Of a DNA stretch of 64,000 nucleotides, positions 38,547 through 47,030 are shown piece by piece (position 1 is the first letter of the stretch; each line of letters opens with the position of its first letter). The notes under the pieces are model-generated. The model worked only from the letters and a program-made list of their open reading frames with translations, ran no database searches and was not told the DNA's origin. This DNA comes from Minisyncoccota bacterium (lineage in GTDB: Bacteria > Patescibacteriota > Minisyncoccia > Phycocordibacterales > UBA9973), in NCBI GenBank assembly GCA_043776915.1, contig JAYVQT010000003.1, forward strand, positions 26,187 to 90,186, written 5' to 3'. The translations under genes and the position numbers were made by a program.

Positions 38547-39534
38547 ACCATTTCTTTTTCCTTTTAATATCAATAGGTAATCTCATAATTTGCTTTTGGG
38601 CTTTGGTATAGAGATTCAATTTACGTTCCTCGATATAGGAACATAACCCACTTGCGTATATAACTTCTTGTACCCATGGGAAATCAGCTTCTGTTAAATC
38701 CGCGCCCCACATTCTTTTCATAAATATATTTCTATATTTATGAGGAGCCTGAGTGGTCATATACCATGAGAGTGGTGTATGCTGTTTTTCATTAAAATCC
38801 TGGAAAATATTTTTACCAAGATCTACCGTTCTTGTCGTCACATCAATAAAGTCATCTCCGAGCTGAAATAACTCTCCGAGTATTTCCCCGAGGGCAACGT
38901 ATGCCTTACATGCTTTTGTATCGAGTTTACTAGAGAGAGCCCCAAGCACCATCGGTCGTGCAAATGTATACCTCCCACTTTTTATTTTATTCTTCTCTGA
39001 CACAAGAGTATCATCGATATGAGAACGACGAGGCATATCCGTATCAAGCATTTGGCCGACTGCAAGTTCTGAGACCAGCGTAAAATACGCTAATCCAAGG
39101 GAGTAATTATCTTTACTTGCTTTATATACATGTTCACTTGCCCAGTTAAAGACTAAGTCACCTATCAGTATAGTCTGGTGCAATGCTTGATCTCTACTTA
39201 ATCCATAGGTAGTCTGTAGGTACATCTGTGTCGTAGGTATCCCATGGCGCAATGATGCTTGATCAATAATATCATCATGAATTAAGGCAAATAAATGCAA
39301 GTATTCAATACCAAGCAACAGTTCAGTCGATGCTTTCTTGTTGTGATCAGTACACACCATACTAATAACATATGGGCGAATACGCTTACCATGAGTGGCA
39401 ATTATCTTGATATAATCGATATAATGATGAATAGTAGGATCTGAAGTATATTTTTTTGATCGAGTAATGTTACGCTCGAGTGATGATACAAAAGAGATAT
39501 TAAATTTTTTCTGAAATAGAATTAAATCATGCAT
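38509..39534 (-). CDS. crtE: Polyprenyl (probably GGPP) diphosphate synthase
   Basis: GKRIRP, first Asp-rich motif LIHDDIID...RHG, GQ.LD, K..RY and FQ..DD..D. Confidence 0.82.
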   Translation of the reverse strand: MHDLILFQKKFNISFVSSLERNITRSKKYTSDPTIHHYIDYIKIIATHGKRIRPYVISMVCTDHNKKASTELLLGIEYLHLFALIHDDIIDQASLRHGIPTTQMYLQTTYGLSRDQALHQTILIGDLVFNWASEHVYKASKDNYSLGLAYFTLVSELAVGQMLDTDMPRRSHIDDTLVSEKNKIKSGRYTFARPMVLGALSSKLDTKACKAYVALGEILGELFQLGDDFIDVTTRTVDLGKNIFQDFNEKQHTPLSWYMTTQAPHKYRNIFMKRMWGADLTEADFPWVQEVIYASGLCSYIEERKLNLYTKAQKQIMRLPIDIKRKKKWYDICEFIYNRTK

Positions 39535-39569
39535 ACAATAAAATTGAATATATCACTTTTTACACTTTT

Positions 39570-41402
39570 TTACACCAGTCGATCCTTATACTTAACATAT
39601 GCAAAGGAAGCAGCAAGCGCAATAATACCAAAAACGATAAATGATACAATACGGTACAATTGCCCAAGATTCCACACATCAGTCACGACTTTAATTGCAG
39701 TGATGACAAAGAGTATGAGACCAAATTTTCGTATAAGTGAAATTCTTCGAATGAAACCGATAGCTGTTAGAATGGCCGCATAAATAGCCCATAGGATTGA
39801 GATCGTAATATTAGCAGTATTCTGAATATCAACATTCGTATAATTATATTGCGTATGTGCAATCATATCGATTGCATTATAGTATGAGTATATTTGTAAA
39901 CTCAATGCAAAGAGAGTGAGAATATTTGCAATAACAACATAGACCGTTATACCCGTTTGCTGAATACCAGTCGTGACACTACCATATCTTTTGTAAAAAT
40001 ATGCGATCAGATATGCAGCTATAATCGCGACAACAAAGATATAGAATGTTGAGTTAAAGATCGGTACGAATGACGTCTTCATATCAGTTTGAATATTCCA
40101 CAAGAAAAGATTAAGCCCACCCAAGATGTATACAATAATTCCCATAATTTGGAATCCACGATTATTCATCTTAGATGCGATATAGTAAAGCACACATGAC
40201 TCGACAAACCACAAAGTGGCAATCCATGGACCGGAGAGATGAATGGGAATAGCCACCGAAAAGAAAACCGTAGTTAACCCGGGTAAGAATATATTGAGTG
40301 CAGTATCGGATGGATTCCATATGTGGACAAAGTACGAGAAGATACCGTAAGTGATACCAAGTAAAACTGCTACAAGTCCAATACTATTATGATGCATCGG
40401 CTCAAGAATGATATAGAGTATAAATCCATACATAAGCGCATTGAGTCCAATAATAAAATAGTCACCTTCTTTAGCATTTGTTTTGAGAATCATCAATCTT
40501 GCAACACTCGCTATAAGAAAAATAATAAATGAAACAGTCAGGAATAAAAGAGTCGGACTCAAAAGATCTGGAGTGTAGTGGTTCATATACCAGACAATAA
40601 AATTCATAGCGGTCCCAACAAGAGCAAGTACCGTTACATTGGGCCACTTCTTAAAGAATGAAATAGCAAGAACACCAATATTAAGAATAGTCAGATACAT
40701 AAACAAAGTTCCCATCATATCTATTGGAGATATTAGTAAAAATGGTGTTGCAAATCCACCAACAACGGCAATCATCGAAAGCGTTGTATCTTCATTCCGC
40801 AAACTAAGAACAAAAGCAAGGATGGTCACAAGAAACATCAATACTCCAGTCAGAAACATATCAGTCAGATTATAAAATGAATATGCAGCAAAAAATGAAA
40901 GATAGAGTACTGCTACTCCACCACCCATTAAAAGCTCGGCATATGTCAGGTATTTCCTACGCATATACTGCCCGAGAACCAAGAGTCCGATACCTAGGAA
41001 CACACCTACCATGACTCGCCCAGCGGGACCAATCCAATTATTATCAAACGCATACTTAAGGAAAAAAGCCATACCGACAATAACGGCTCCGATACCAATT
41101 CGACCGAGTAATTGACCAGATACTTCTTCTTGTATTTTTGGTCCCTCCGTCTGAGATATCGATGGCATAGCCGCATTTGGAGTCTGCACTGAAGGTCCGA
41201 CTTGATGGACTGGTATAGTGCTCACAGGAGTTTGCACCGTTGCCACAGGCGCAGGGGGCACTTGTGATGAAGTTGCTTGAACGGATGACTTGTATCCCTC
41301 CGCAACCATATTATTTATTTTTTTTTCTAGATTGGTAATCCGATTACTCTGACCTCTGACAATAATAATGAGAATAATAAGAAGAATGACATCAAATATC
41401 AT
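39570..41402 (-). CDS. DUF2339-type polytopic membrane protein
   Basis: Pro/Gln linker, RIG......G..FFLKYA..N.WI.P..R, many TM helices, K....D...L....RI.SF at the C-terminus. Confidence 0.85.
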   Translation of the reverse strand: MIFDVILLIILIIIVRGQSNRITNLEKKINNMVAEGYKSSVQATSSQVPPAPVATVQTPVSTIPVHQVGPSVQTPNAAMPSISQTEGPKIQEEVSGQLLGRIGIGAVIVGMAFFLKYAFDNNWIGPAGRVMVGVFLGIGLLVLGQYMRRKYLTYAELLMGGGVAVLYLSFFAAYSFYNLTDMFLTGVLMFLVTILAFVLSLRNEDTTLSMIAVVGGFATPFLLISPIDMMGTLFMYLTILNIGVLAISFFKKWPNVTVLALVGTAMNFIVWYMNHYTPDLLSPTLLFLTVSFIIFLIASVARLMILKTNAKEGDYFIIGLNALMYGFILYIILEPMHHNSIGLVAVLLGITYGIFSYFVHIWNPSDTALNIFLPGLTTVFFSVAIPIHLSGPWIATLWFVESCVLYYIASKMNNRGFQIMGIIVYILGGLNLFLWNIQTDMKTSFVPIFNSTFYIFVVAIIAAYLIAYFYKRYGSVTTGIQQTGITVYVVIANILTLFALSLQIYSYYNAIDMIAHTQYNYTNVDIQNTANITISILWAIYAAILTAIGFIRRISLIRKFGLILFVITAIKVVTDVWNLGQLYRIVSFIVFGIIALAASFAYVKYKDRLV

Positions 41403-41529
41403 AAAGTATGCGACTGATTAATTATATATACTAGTATATCACAACTATTTTTTATAAACTCTTAATTGTACTAACTGCGACGCCATTAGCCTGGGCCTGA
41501 ATTTTTCTTTATAAGTAAATCAGCGATAG

Positions 41530-41997
41530 CTATTTTATGATCATATCGGGGTTGAATAGGGATTGCTCTTTTTTACATACAGATTTCTCTGGGTCATCAT
41601 AATTCTCACATTGTGAAAAACGAAGAGTAAATACCGTTTGGGTTGTATTGGTTCTATATGTATATGTCGTATACGTACTTCCGGCCGCACCTTCATTTCG
41701 TGTCGTTACACAGTAATGCTTGCCGTGAATGGTCCGCTCAATAGTACGTCCTGTCCCTTCAATCACAGACCCACTAGGCGTACAAGAAAATGCTCTAGTA
41801 AGCGCGGTCACTAGCGGCGGCCAACCCTCTGTGCTCGTTCTGATATATTTTGTATTTAAAAATTTTGAGATAAGTACCACATCACCTTTGACAGGTTCCT
41901 TTACAACCACAGGCGTAAGTTTCCTAGATTGATTAAAAAAGAAAATTCCGACAATAACAACAATCAAAATCCCTATTAAAATTAAAGTTTTTTTCAT
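41530..41997 (-). CDS. Hypothetical exported protein with four Cys
   Basis: N-terminal TM/signal and an EGAAGSTY motif. Confidence 0.7.
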   Translation of the reverse strand: MKKTLILIGILIVVIVGIFFFNQSRKLTPVVVKEPVKGDVVLISKFLNTKYIRTSTEGWPPLVTALTRAFSCTPSGSVIEGTGRTIERTIHGKHYCVTTRNEGAAGSTYTTYTYRTNTTQTVFTLRFSQCENYDDPEKSVCKKEQSLFNPDMIIK

Positions 41998-42023
41998 GTG
42001 TGTTTTAAGAGTTCTTGTCTATT

Positions 42024-42485
42024 TTATCTATTCAAATACGTAATAGTAATCTGCAATACTGTCGCAAATGTTACCCAAATGAGGTATGGAATATTAGCAT
42101 AGATGATCCAAGTAAGACTTGGGGCGCCAGTAGAGATGTGGTTGGTAAGTGAAAATTGATAGAGAGAAAATAATGCCCAGATGAGAGTGATAAGGATGAG
42201 GATGATGTCGATTGATGCGAGGAGGTTATTCTTGAGGCCGAATTGAAAATAAGTAAAAGAGAAATTAAAAATGAGGTTAAGAATAAATGGAAGTGCCACA
42301 ATAACTGGAAGTTCTTTTGTATAGACTTTATAGAACACTGTTCCGAAAGTTACAAATAGTATTGCATAAAGTACAGTCCACACTGGCCCAAAAAGCCATG
42401 AAGGTGGTGCCCAAGATGGCTTAAGGAGAATAGAGTACCAATTGTAAGAATTAGACATAATCAAATAATGCCATACATTAAGCAT
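42024..42485 (-). CDS. tspO: TspO/MBR tryptophan-rich sensory protein
   Basis: WY..L.KPSW.PP.WLFGPVWT.LY, LN..F...F and PY..W..FA motifs. Confidence 0.93.
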   Translation of the reverse strand: MLNVWHYLIMSNSYNWYSILLKPSWAPPSWLFGPVWTVLYAILFVTFGTVFYKVYTKELPVIVALPFILNLIFNFSFTYFQFGLKNNLLASIDIILILITLIWALFSLYQFSLTNHISTGAPSLTWIIYANIPYLIWVTFATVLQITITYLNR

Positions 42486-42489
42486 TTTT

Positions 42490-42972
42490 TCAAGATACCG
42501 AAATTATTTGCATTGACTTGAGGCTTTTGCGTATGTCTTTATAATCCGGAATAGTATGTGCAACGAGATCCCAAAAAGCTTGAGAGTGATTGAACTGCCC
42601 AAGGTGACAAAGCTCATGGATGATGATGTAATCGATTTGCTTCTCCGATAGAAATACGATCTTGTAGTTAAAATTTAAATTGCTTTTTTTTGAGCAGCTT
42701 CCCCAGCGAGTCTTGGTGTCACGAATAGCCACACGCCTATAAGTGAAATTATAAGCTTGATTCCAGAACTCAAGCTTGGCGTATACGAGGGTTCGAGCCT
42801 GCTCCTTGTGCTTCATATACCGCGCATTTGGCTTACGAGCCTTCTTTTTTCTTCTTATATTTTTTACTCTCTTTCTAAGAGTACGATAGACGACCGGTTG
42901 GCCATTCAATATCCTTTGAATTGTACCAAGTATACTGTGATGATTTTTCATTCGTTTGATTATAGCAAACAT
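42490..42972 (-). CDS. YgjP/DUF45-type (M48-like) metallohydrolase
   Basis: TRWGSCS, IDYIIIHELCHL (HExxH) and NHS..FW motifs. Confidence 0.9.
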   Translation of the reverse strand: MFAIIKRMKNHHSILGTIQRILNGQPVVYRTLRKRVKNIRRKKKARKPNARYMKHKEQARTLVYAKLEFWNQAYNFTYRRVAIRDTKTRWGSCSKKSNLNFNYKIVFLSEKQIDYIIIHELCHLGQFNHSQAFWDLVAHTIPDYKDIRKSLKSMQIISVS

Positions 42973-43072
42973 ACGGATATGTTAATAAGAATATTGACTT
43001 TAGTAGATAAATAAGAGATACTAGATTCTAATTTAAGTATTGTTATTTTTAACCAAAAAAACAGGTAGTGCT

Positions 43073-43288
43073 ATGTGTAAATTAAAAAACCCAGAAATTG
43101 AAAAACTCGAAAAGCAAAAAGAAAGCTTACAAAGATCCTTTAGAAATGCCTATGGCCAAACTAGAAAAGATTTACAGCATGAAATAGATGCTGTAAAAGA
43201 AAAAATTCTTAAAGTAAAAACTATCCCCATTCACCCTGTCAACTTTGGTCAGTATCACCAGGGTATTGCATCTATGAGAGCATTTTAG
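43073..43288 (+). CDS. Hypothetical small basic coiled-coil protein
   Basis: ATG at 43073, TTGACT at 42994 upstream, terminator downstream. Confidence 0.55.
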   Translation: MCKLKNPEIEKLEKQKESLQRSFRNAYGQTRKDLQHEIDAVKEKILKVKTIPIHPVNFGQYHQGIASMRAF

Positions 43289-43311
43289 TTATCGTGGGAT
43301 TCCAATTTAGG

Positions 43312-43344
43312 GGCGTTCGTTTCATTTGAAACGAACGCCTTTTA
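43312..43344 (+). terminator. Rho-independent terminator
   Basis: GGCGTTCGTTTCA/TGAAACGAACGCC followed by TTTT. Confidence 0.75.
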
Positions 43345-43441
43345 TATTTGTGTATATAGTAAAATTTTGTAATATATGTAATCGATCGGATAATATTAAT
43401 GATGCTTCACCTATTTGAGTAATTTGCGGTATACTCAAGAA

Positions 43442-44014
43442 ATGAAAATCAGATCAGCCATATTTGTGCGTGGGGTAACAGATGACGACAATCTAATTCG
43501 CGACGGACTACCACAAGTAGCTTTTATCGGGCGCTCAAATGTTGGTAAATCAAGTCTCATAAATACTCTCGTCGGTAATGCTAAACTTGCGCGGTCAAGC
43601 GCTACAGCCGGCCGAACCCAAGAAATCAATTTCTTCTTACTCAATAACTCATTCTACCTCGTCGACCTGCCTGGTTATGGCTACGCTCGTGGCTCATTTG
43701 AAACACGTGGGCTTATCTATGAGCGAATCGAGGGCTACTTATTCAAATCACGTATCAAGCACTATCGTATTGTACTCCTCATTGATGCTAAAGCTGGCAT
43801 GACTGATGCAGATCGCGAAATGTTCAAAGAGCTGACACACTATAAAAAGAATCTCATCGTTGTTATTAATAAAATTGACAAAGTAAACCAAAGTGAAAAA
43901 CAGAAGAATATAAAAGCAATTCAGGAATTCATCGGTAACTACCCTCTTGTAATATGTTCGTCGCAAAAGAAAATTGGCGTCGACGAACTAGCCACCTTGA
44001 TACTTCCTCAGTAA
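43442..44014 (+). CDS. engB: Ribosome biogenesis GTPase EngB (YsxC/YihA)
   Basis: GRSNVGKSS, G.T..IN, DLPGYG and NK.DK motifs. Confidence 0.96.
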   Translation: MKIRSAIFVRGVTDDDNLIRDGLPQVAFIGRSNVGKSSLINTLVGNAKLARSSATAGRTQEINFFLLNNSFYLVDLPGYGYARGSFETRGLIYERIEGYLFKSRIKHYRIVLLIDAKAGMTDADREMFKELTHYKKNLIVVINKIDKVNQSEKQKNIKAIQEFIGNYPLVICSSQKKIGVDELATLILPQ

Positions 44015-44059
44015 CTTTACCACTATAAACTACGAGGGAATACCTTTCATACTCAAGAG

Positions 44060-44812
44060 CTACTTACTAATTTTAAAATTTTTAATTGCAACTGCGTATG
44101 TATCTTTATTAAATAGATAGGTAAATGTTGCCTTACTTTTCACATGACCATCTTCATAGACAACCATACCTGTATCAGCATTGGGATTTGTATCGATAGT
44201 TGTAACGTACCATGCACCACCAAGAGTAGGTTTAATAATCGACAGAGTCCCAATCGCACTACGAACGTATTCTTCAACAGTTAGAATTTTAACAAGCTGT
44301 CCGCAATCAATCTGTGGCATAGTAATTCCTGGGGTAAGCTTCGTTTGATCTTTATAGACATAGACGCCATCACCGCGATTTACCATTTCACCAAAGAGTG
44401 CCGCTGCGCTCCCTTGACCAAAGTTAATATGCAACTCTTGTTTTGTTGTCATACCTTCGGCTAATGCCATCCACCATACACGTGCAGTGCGACTCGTAGT
44501 CATCTTATTAGTTACACCGATGCTCCCCTCAAATACTCCAGTCATTTTGTCTTTGTCAGCTGGTAAGTTACGATACTCACCTTTTACATTCGTACCTATA
44601 ATACTCATCTTCACCCACGCGCGATCAACATACTCGCTCGTTGTAGCTTTCGAATAGTAATAACACATGCCAATGGGCTGCGTGCTTTGAATTGTTGTTT
44701 GTTGCTCATCATGAGTTGGAGCGATAGCTACTTTAGCATTTTTGGAACTAACAATCACAACGCCGATAGTAATAAGGACGAACATGCTTATAATAATTAC
44801 TATTTTCTTCAT
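44060..44812 (-). CDS. Hypothetical exported protein
   Basis: N-terminal TM and a beta-rich body with a YEDGH motif. Confidence 0.7.
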   Translation of the reverse strand: MKKIVIIISMFVLITIGVVIVSSKNAKVAIAPTHDEQQTTIQSTQPIGMCYYYSKATTSEYVDRAWVKMSIIGTNVKGEYRNLPADKDKMTGVFEGSIGVTNKMTTSRTARVWWMALAEGMTTKQELHINFGQGSAAALFGEMVNRGDGVYVYKDQTKLTPGITMPQIDCGQLVKILTVEEYVRSAIGTLSIIKPTLGGAWYVTTIDTNPNADTGMVVYEDGHVKSKATFTYLFNKDTYAVAIKNFKISK

Positions 44813-44818
44813 ATATCA

Positions 44819-44862
44819 ATTCTAACATAAAAATCCCCATAAGGGGATTTTTATGTTAGAAT
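44819..44862. terminator. Terminator with a 20-bp perfect stem
   Basis: ATTCTAACATAAAAATCCCC-ATAA-GGGGATTTTTATGTTAGAAT. Confidence 0.8.
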
Positions 44863-45014
44863 TATACAGCTAGTTCTGCTTCGGGAAGATCTTCTGCTGG
44901 CATATGTTCTCCGGCAGGCATTTCCTCTGGGGATTCAGTTCCAACTTCTTCCGGCATTATCACTGGAGAGGCTGTGACTTCATTACTTTCTACTTTTATT
45001 TCTTCATCTGACAT
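44862..45014 (-). CDS. Small acidic, Pro/Glu-rich protein (50 aa)
   Basis: MSDEEIKVESNEVTASPVIMPEEVGTESPEEMPAGEHMPAEDLPEAELAV; its stop abuts the terminator. Not in the ORF track. Confidence 0.65.
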   Translation of the reverse strand: MSDEEIKVESNEVTASPVIMPEEVGTESPEEMPAGEHMPAEDLPEAELAV

Positions 45015-45153
45015 AGAGATATATCTACTTATGGATAAGCTCTTATAGTAGCACAGATACGTGATTTACAGTATACTAAGAATATCTTATTAATAATACA
45101 AAAAAAAGCCGCGTTTAAATCAATAATGACGCGACACAATTTTGCAAAATCGC

Positions 45154-45285
45154 ATGGCCAAAAGAAATACAACACTAAGCCCAAAAAAGAAATCACGACA
45201 CTCTCACAAAACACAAAAGAGATTAGCTGTAAAAAAAGTAATGCTTGCAACAAAGTCTGCTCGCAGAAAGACAAAGATGAAGTAA
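45154..45285 (+). CDS. Small highly basic protein (43 aa)
   Basis: MAKRNTTLSPKKKSRHSHKTQKRLAVKKVMLATKSARRKTKMK; its stop lies in the first arm of the terminator. Not in the ORF track. Confidence 0.65.
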   Translation: MAKRNTTLSPKKKSRHSHKTQKRLAVKKVMLATKSARRKTKMK

Positions 45286-45334
45286 ATAAAATCCCCGCCA
45301 CAACGTTTAGATATTGGCGGGGATTTTATTTACT
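45281..45334. terminator. Bidirectional terminator
   Basis: 20-bp inverted repeat 45281-45300/45315-45334 spanning both convergent stop codons. Confidence 0.8.
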
Positions 45335-45560
45335 GGCCCATAGCTCTCTTGATCTCAGCTTGGTGGATCCGCATGACTTGCATAGTAGCGGTCATCTCAC
45401 TCATACCACCTTTAGTCAGTTTTTTGACTTCGTCACCAATTTTTTGAAACAGCTCCGGATTTTCATTAATAAGCTTAATAAACATATCTTGCTGGGTTTT
45501 TGGCAAGTTTTTCATCTTGGCACGTATTAATTTTTCAGTTAAAAAACTTTTGATTGACAT
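45330..45560 (-). CDS. Hypothetical small helical protein
   Basis: MSIKSFL...NPELFQKI...; 76 aa from the ATG at 45560. Confidence 0.7.
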   Translation of the reverse strand: MSIKSFLTEKLIRAKMKNLPKTQQDMFIKLINENPELFQKIGDEVKKLTKGGMSEMTATMQVMRIHQAEIKRAMGQ

Positions 45561-45603
45561 GTCGAAACTATAGCAAAAAAAGCGCCAGTATGCCAGTATA
45601 GAG

Positions 45604-46521
45604 ATGGTGGAAAGCGACAATAAGATACAATCTAAAATCATCATCATCCTCGGTCAGACCTCAACCGGTAAGAGTGACTTTGCTGTCGAAGTCTCTCGAC
45701 GAATCGGCGGTGAAGTCATCTCGGCCGACTCTCGTCAAGTTTACAAAGGGATGAATCTCGGTACGGGGAAAATTACAAAGAAAGAAATGAAAAGCGTACC
45801 ACACCACCTCCTTGACGTCATCTCACCCAAGAAAATCTATACCGTCAGTGAGTATAAAAAACAGGCTGACAGAAAAATAAAAGAAATTATTAGACGAGGT
45901 AAAACACCTATCATTGTAGGTGGTACGGGGTTCTATATAGATGCAGTAGTCGATGGAATTGTATTACCCGAAGTCGCACCCAATACTACACTCCGCGCAC
46001 ACCTTGCCAAAAAAACTACACCACAACTCTACACCATGCTCCACAAACTCGACTCGCGTCGCGCAGAAACTATTGATGCCAATAATCCTGTCCGTCTGAT
46101 CCGCGCAATCGAGATAGCAAAAAGCGAGGGCTTAGTTCCTGCTCTGTCTCATTCGTCACCATACCGAGTATTCAAAATTGGTCTTACTCTCCCTGATGAA
46201 GTATTGAAAGAAAAGATAAAAGTCCGCCTGATATCTCGCATCAAAAAAAGAATGCTCAGAGAAATTAAAGACTTGCACACGCAAGGAATTTCCTGGAAGC
46301 GTATGGAGATTCTCGGCCTCGAGTATCGCTATGGAGCCCTATATCTACAAAAGAAAATTACCAAAGATGAAATGATTAAAAAAATATGCACCGAAACATG
46401 GCATTACGCCAAGCGTCAAAAGACATGGTTTAAAAAAGATACGAGTATTATCTGGATAGATCCACGTGAAATACACGAGCAAGTAAAAGCTCTTAAAGCA
46501 ATTAAAGACTTTTTGACATAA
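45604..46521 (+). CDS. miaA: tRNA dimethylallyltransferase
   Basis: G.T.TGKS, ISADSRQVYKGM..GT.K, VGGTGFY and YAKRQKTWF motifs. Confidence 0.97.
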   Translation: MVESDNKIQSKIIIILGQTSTGKSDFAVEVSRRIGGEVISADSRQVYKGMNLGTGKITKKEMKSVPHHLLDVISPKKIYTVSEYKKQADRKIKEIIRRGKTPIIVGGTGFYIDAVVDGIVLPEVAPNTTLRAHLAKKTTPQLYTMLHKLDSRRAETIDANNPVRLIRAIEIAKSEGLVPALSHSSPYRVFKIGLTLPDEVLKEKIKVRLISRIKKRMLREIKDLHTQGISWKRMEILGLEYRYGALYLQKKITKDEMIKKICTETWHYAKRQKTWFKKDTSIIWIDPREIHEQVKALKAIKDFLT

Positions 46522-46540
46522 GGCTATTGTATAGTATACT
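46513..46540 (+). promoter_or_regulatory. Sigma70-like promoter of tRNA-Trp
   Basis: TTGACA-16 nt-TATACT. Confidence 0.6.
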
Positions 46541-46551
46541 CACAAACACAA

Positions 46552-46622
46552 GGGCGATTAGTTTAGTGGTAGAACGAAGGTCTCCAAAACCTTTGGTGGG
46601 GGTTCGATTCCTCCATCGCCCG
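46552..46622 (+). tRNA. tRNA-Trp(CCA), CCA end not encoded
   Basis: GGGCGAT/ATCGCCC acceptor stem, AAGGT-CTCCAAA-ACCTT anticodon arm, GGTTCGATTCC T-arm. Confidence 0.95.
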
Positions 46623-46647
46623 CAAATTGGAACAACGTGAGAATTTT

Positions 46648-46794
46648 CGGGCGATAGCACGACAACTGCTTGTCGTGCGTGGAGGAATCGGAAAGCTTTT
46701 TCGTCTTTTGAAAATATACTCATTTGAAAAAGTGGAAAAGGTGTAATGACCCAGTAAGGGTCGATACGCGTACTCGTGGTCCTCCATCACCCGC
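46648..46794 (+). repeat. Structured tRNA trailer with inverted and direct copies of the tRNA-Trp 3' end
   Basis: 46648-46655 plus 46680-46690 are antisense to 46605-46622; 46780-46794 matches 46609-46623 at 14/15; internal hairpins present. Confidence 0.75.
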
Positions 46795-46798
46795 TGTA

Positions 46799-46826
46799 AA
46801 AAATACCTCTAGAGGAGGTATTTTTA
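46799..46826. terminator. Bidirectional terminator between the tRNA-Trp unit and rpmG
   Basis: AAAAATACCTC-TAGAG-GAGGTATTTTT. Confidence 0.75.
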
Positions 46827-46827
46827 T

Positions 46828-46992
46828 TTAACCAGTAATTTTAGCTTCTTTGTGTTTAACGTTTTTTACACAGGTTTTGCAGAATTTCTTAAGCTCGATC
46901 TTTTTTGTGACGAGTTTTTTGTTCTTGCTAGTATAATAGTTAGCGTTCTTGCAAACACTACATTTTAATCTTAAAAGTCTATCTTGTGACAT
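46828..46992 (-). CDS. rpmG: 50S ribosomal protein L33 (Zn-binding CxxC form)
   Basis: Not in the ORF track: MSQDRLLRLKCSVCKNANYYTSKNKKLVTKKIELKKFCKTCVKNVKHKEAKITG. Confidence 0.95.
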   Translation of the reverse strand: MSQDRLLRLKCSVCKNANYYTSKNKKLVTKKIELKKFCKTCVKNVKHKEAKITG

Positions 46993-47030
46993 AGTGGGTA
47001 AAGAATACTATAGAATGCTCTAAATTGCAA

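Noticed and set aside
34579-42485. Rhodopsin/retinal system linked to the crt genes
   Set aside because: No opsin with a retinal-binding Lys motif, no lycopene cyclase and no blh/brp gene are visible.
45126-45530. 134-aa plus-strand ORF from the track
   Set aside because: It runs through a strong terminator and antisense to another gene; the 43-aa frame at 45154-45285 fits the signals better.
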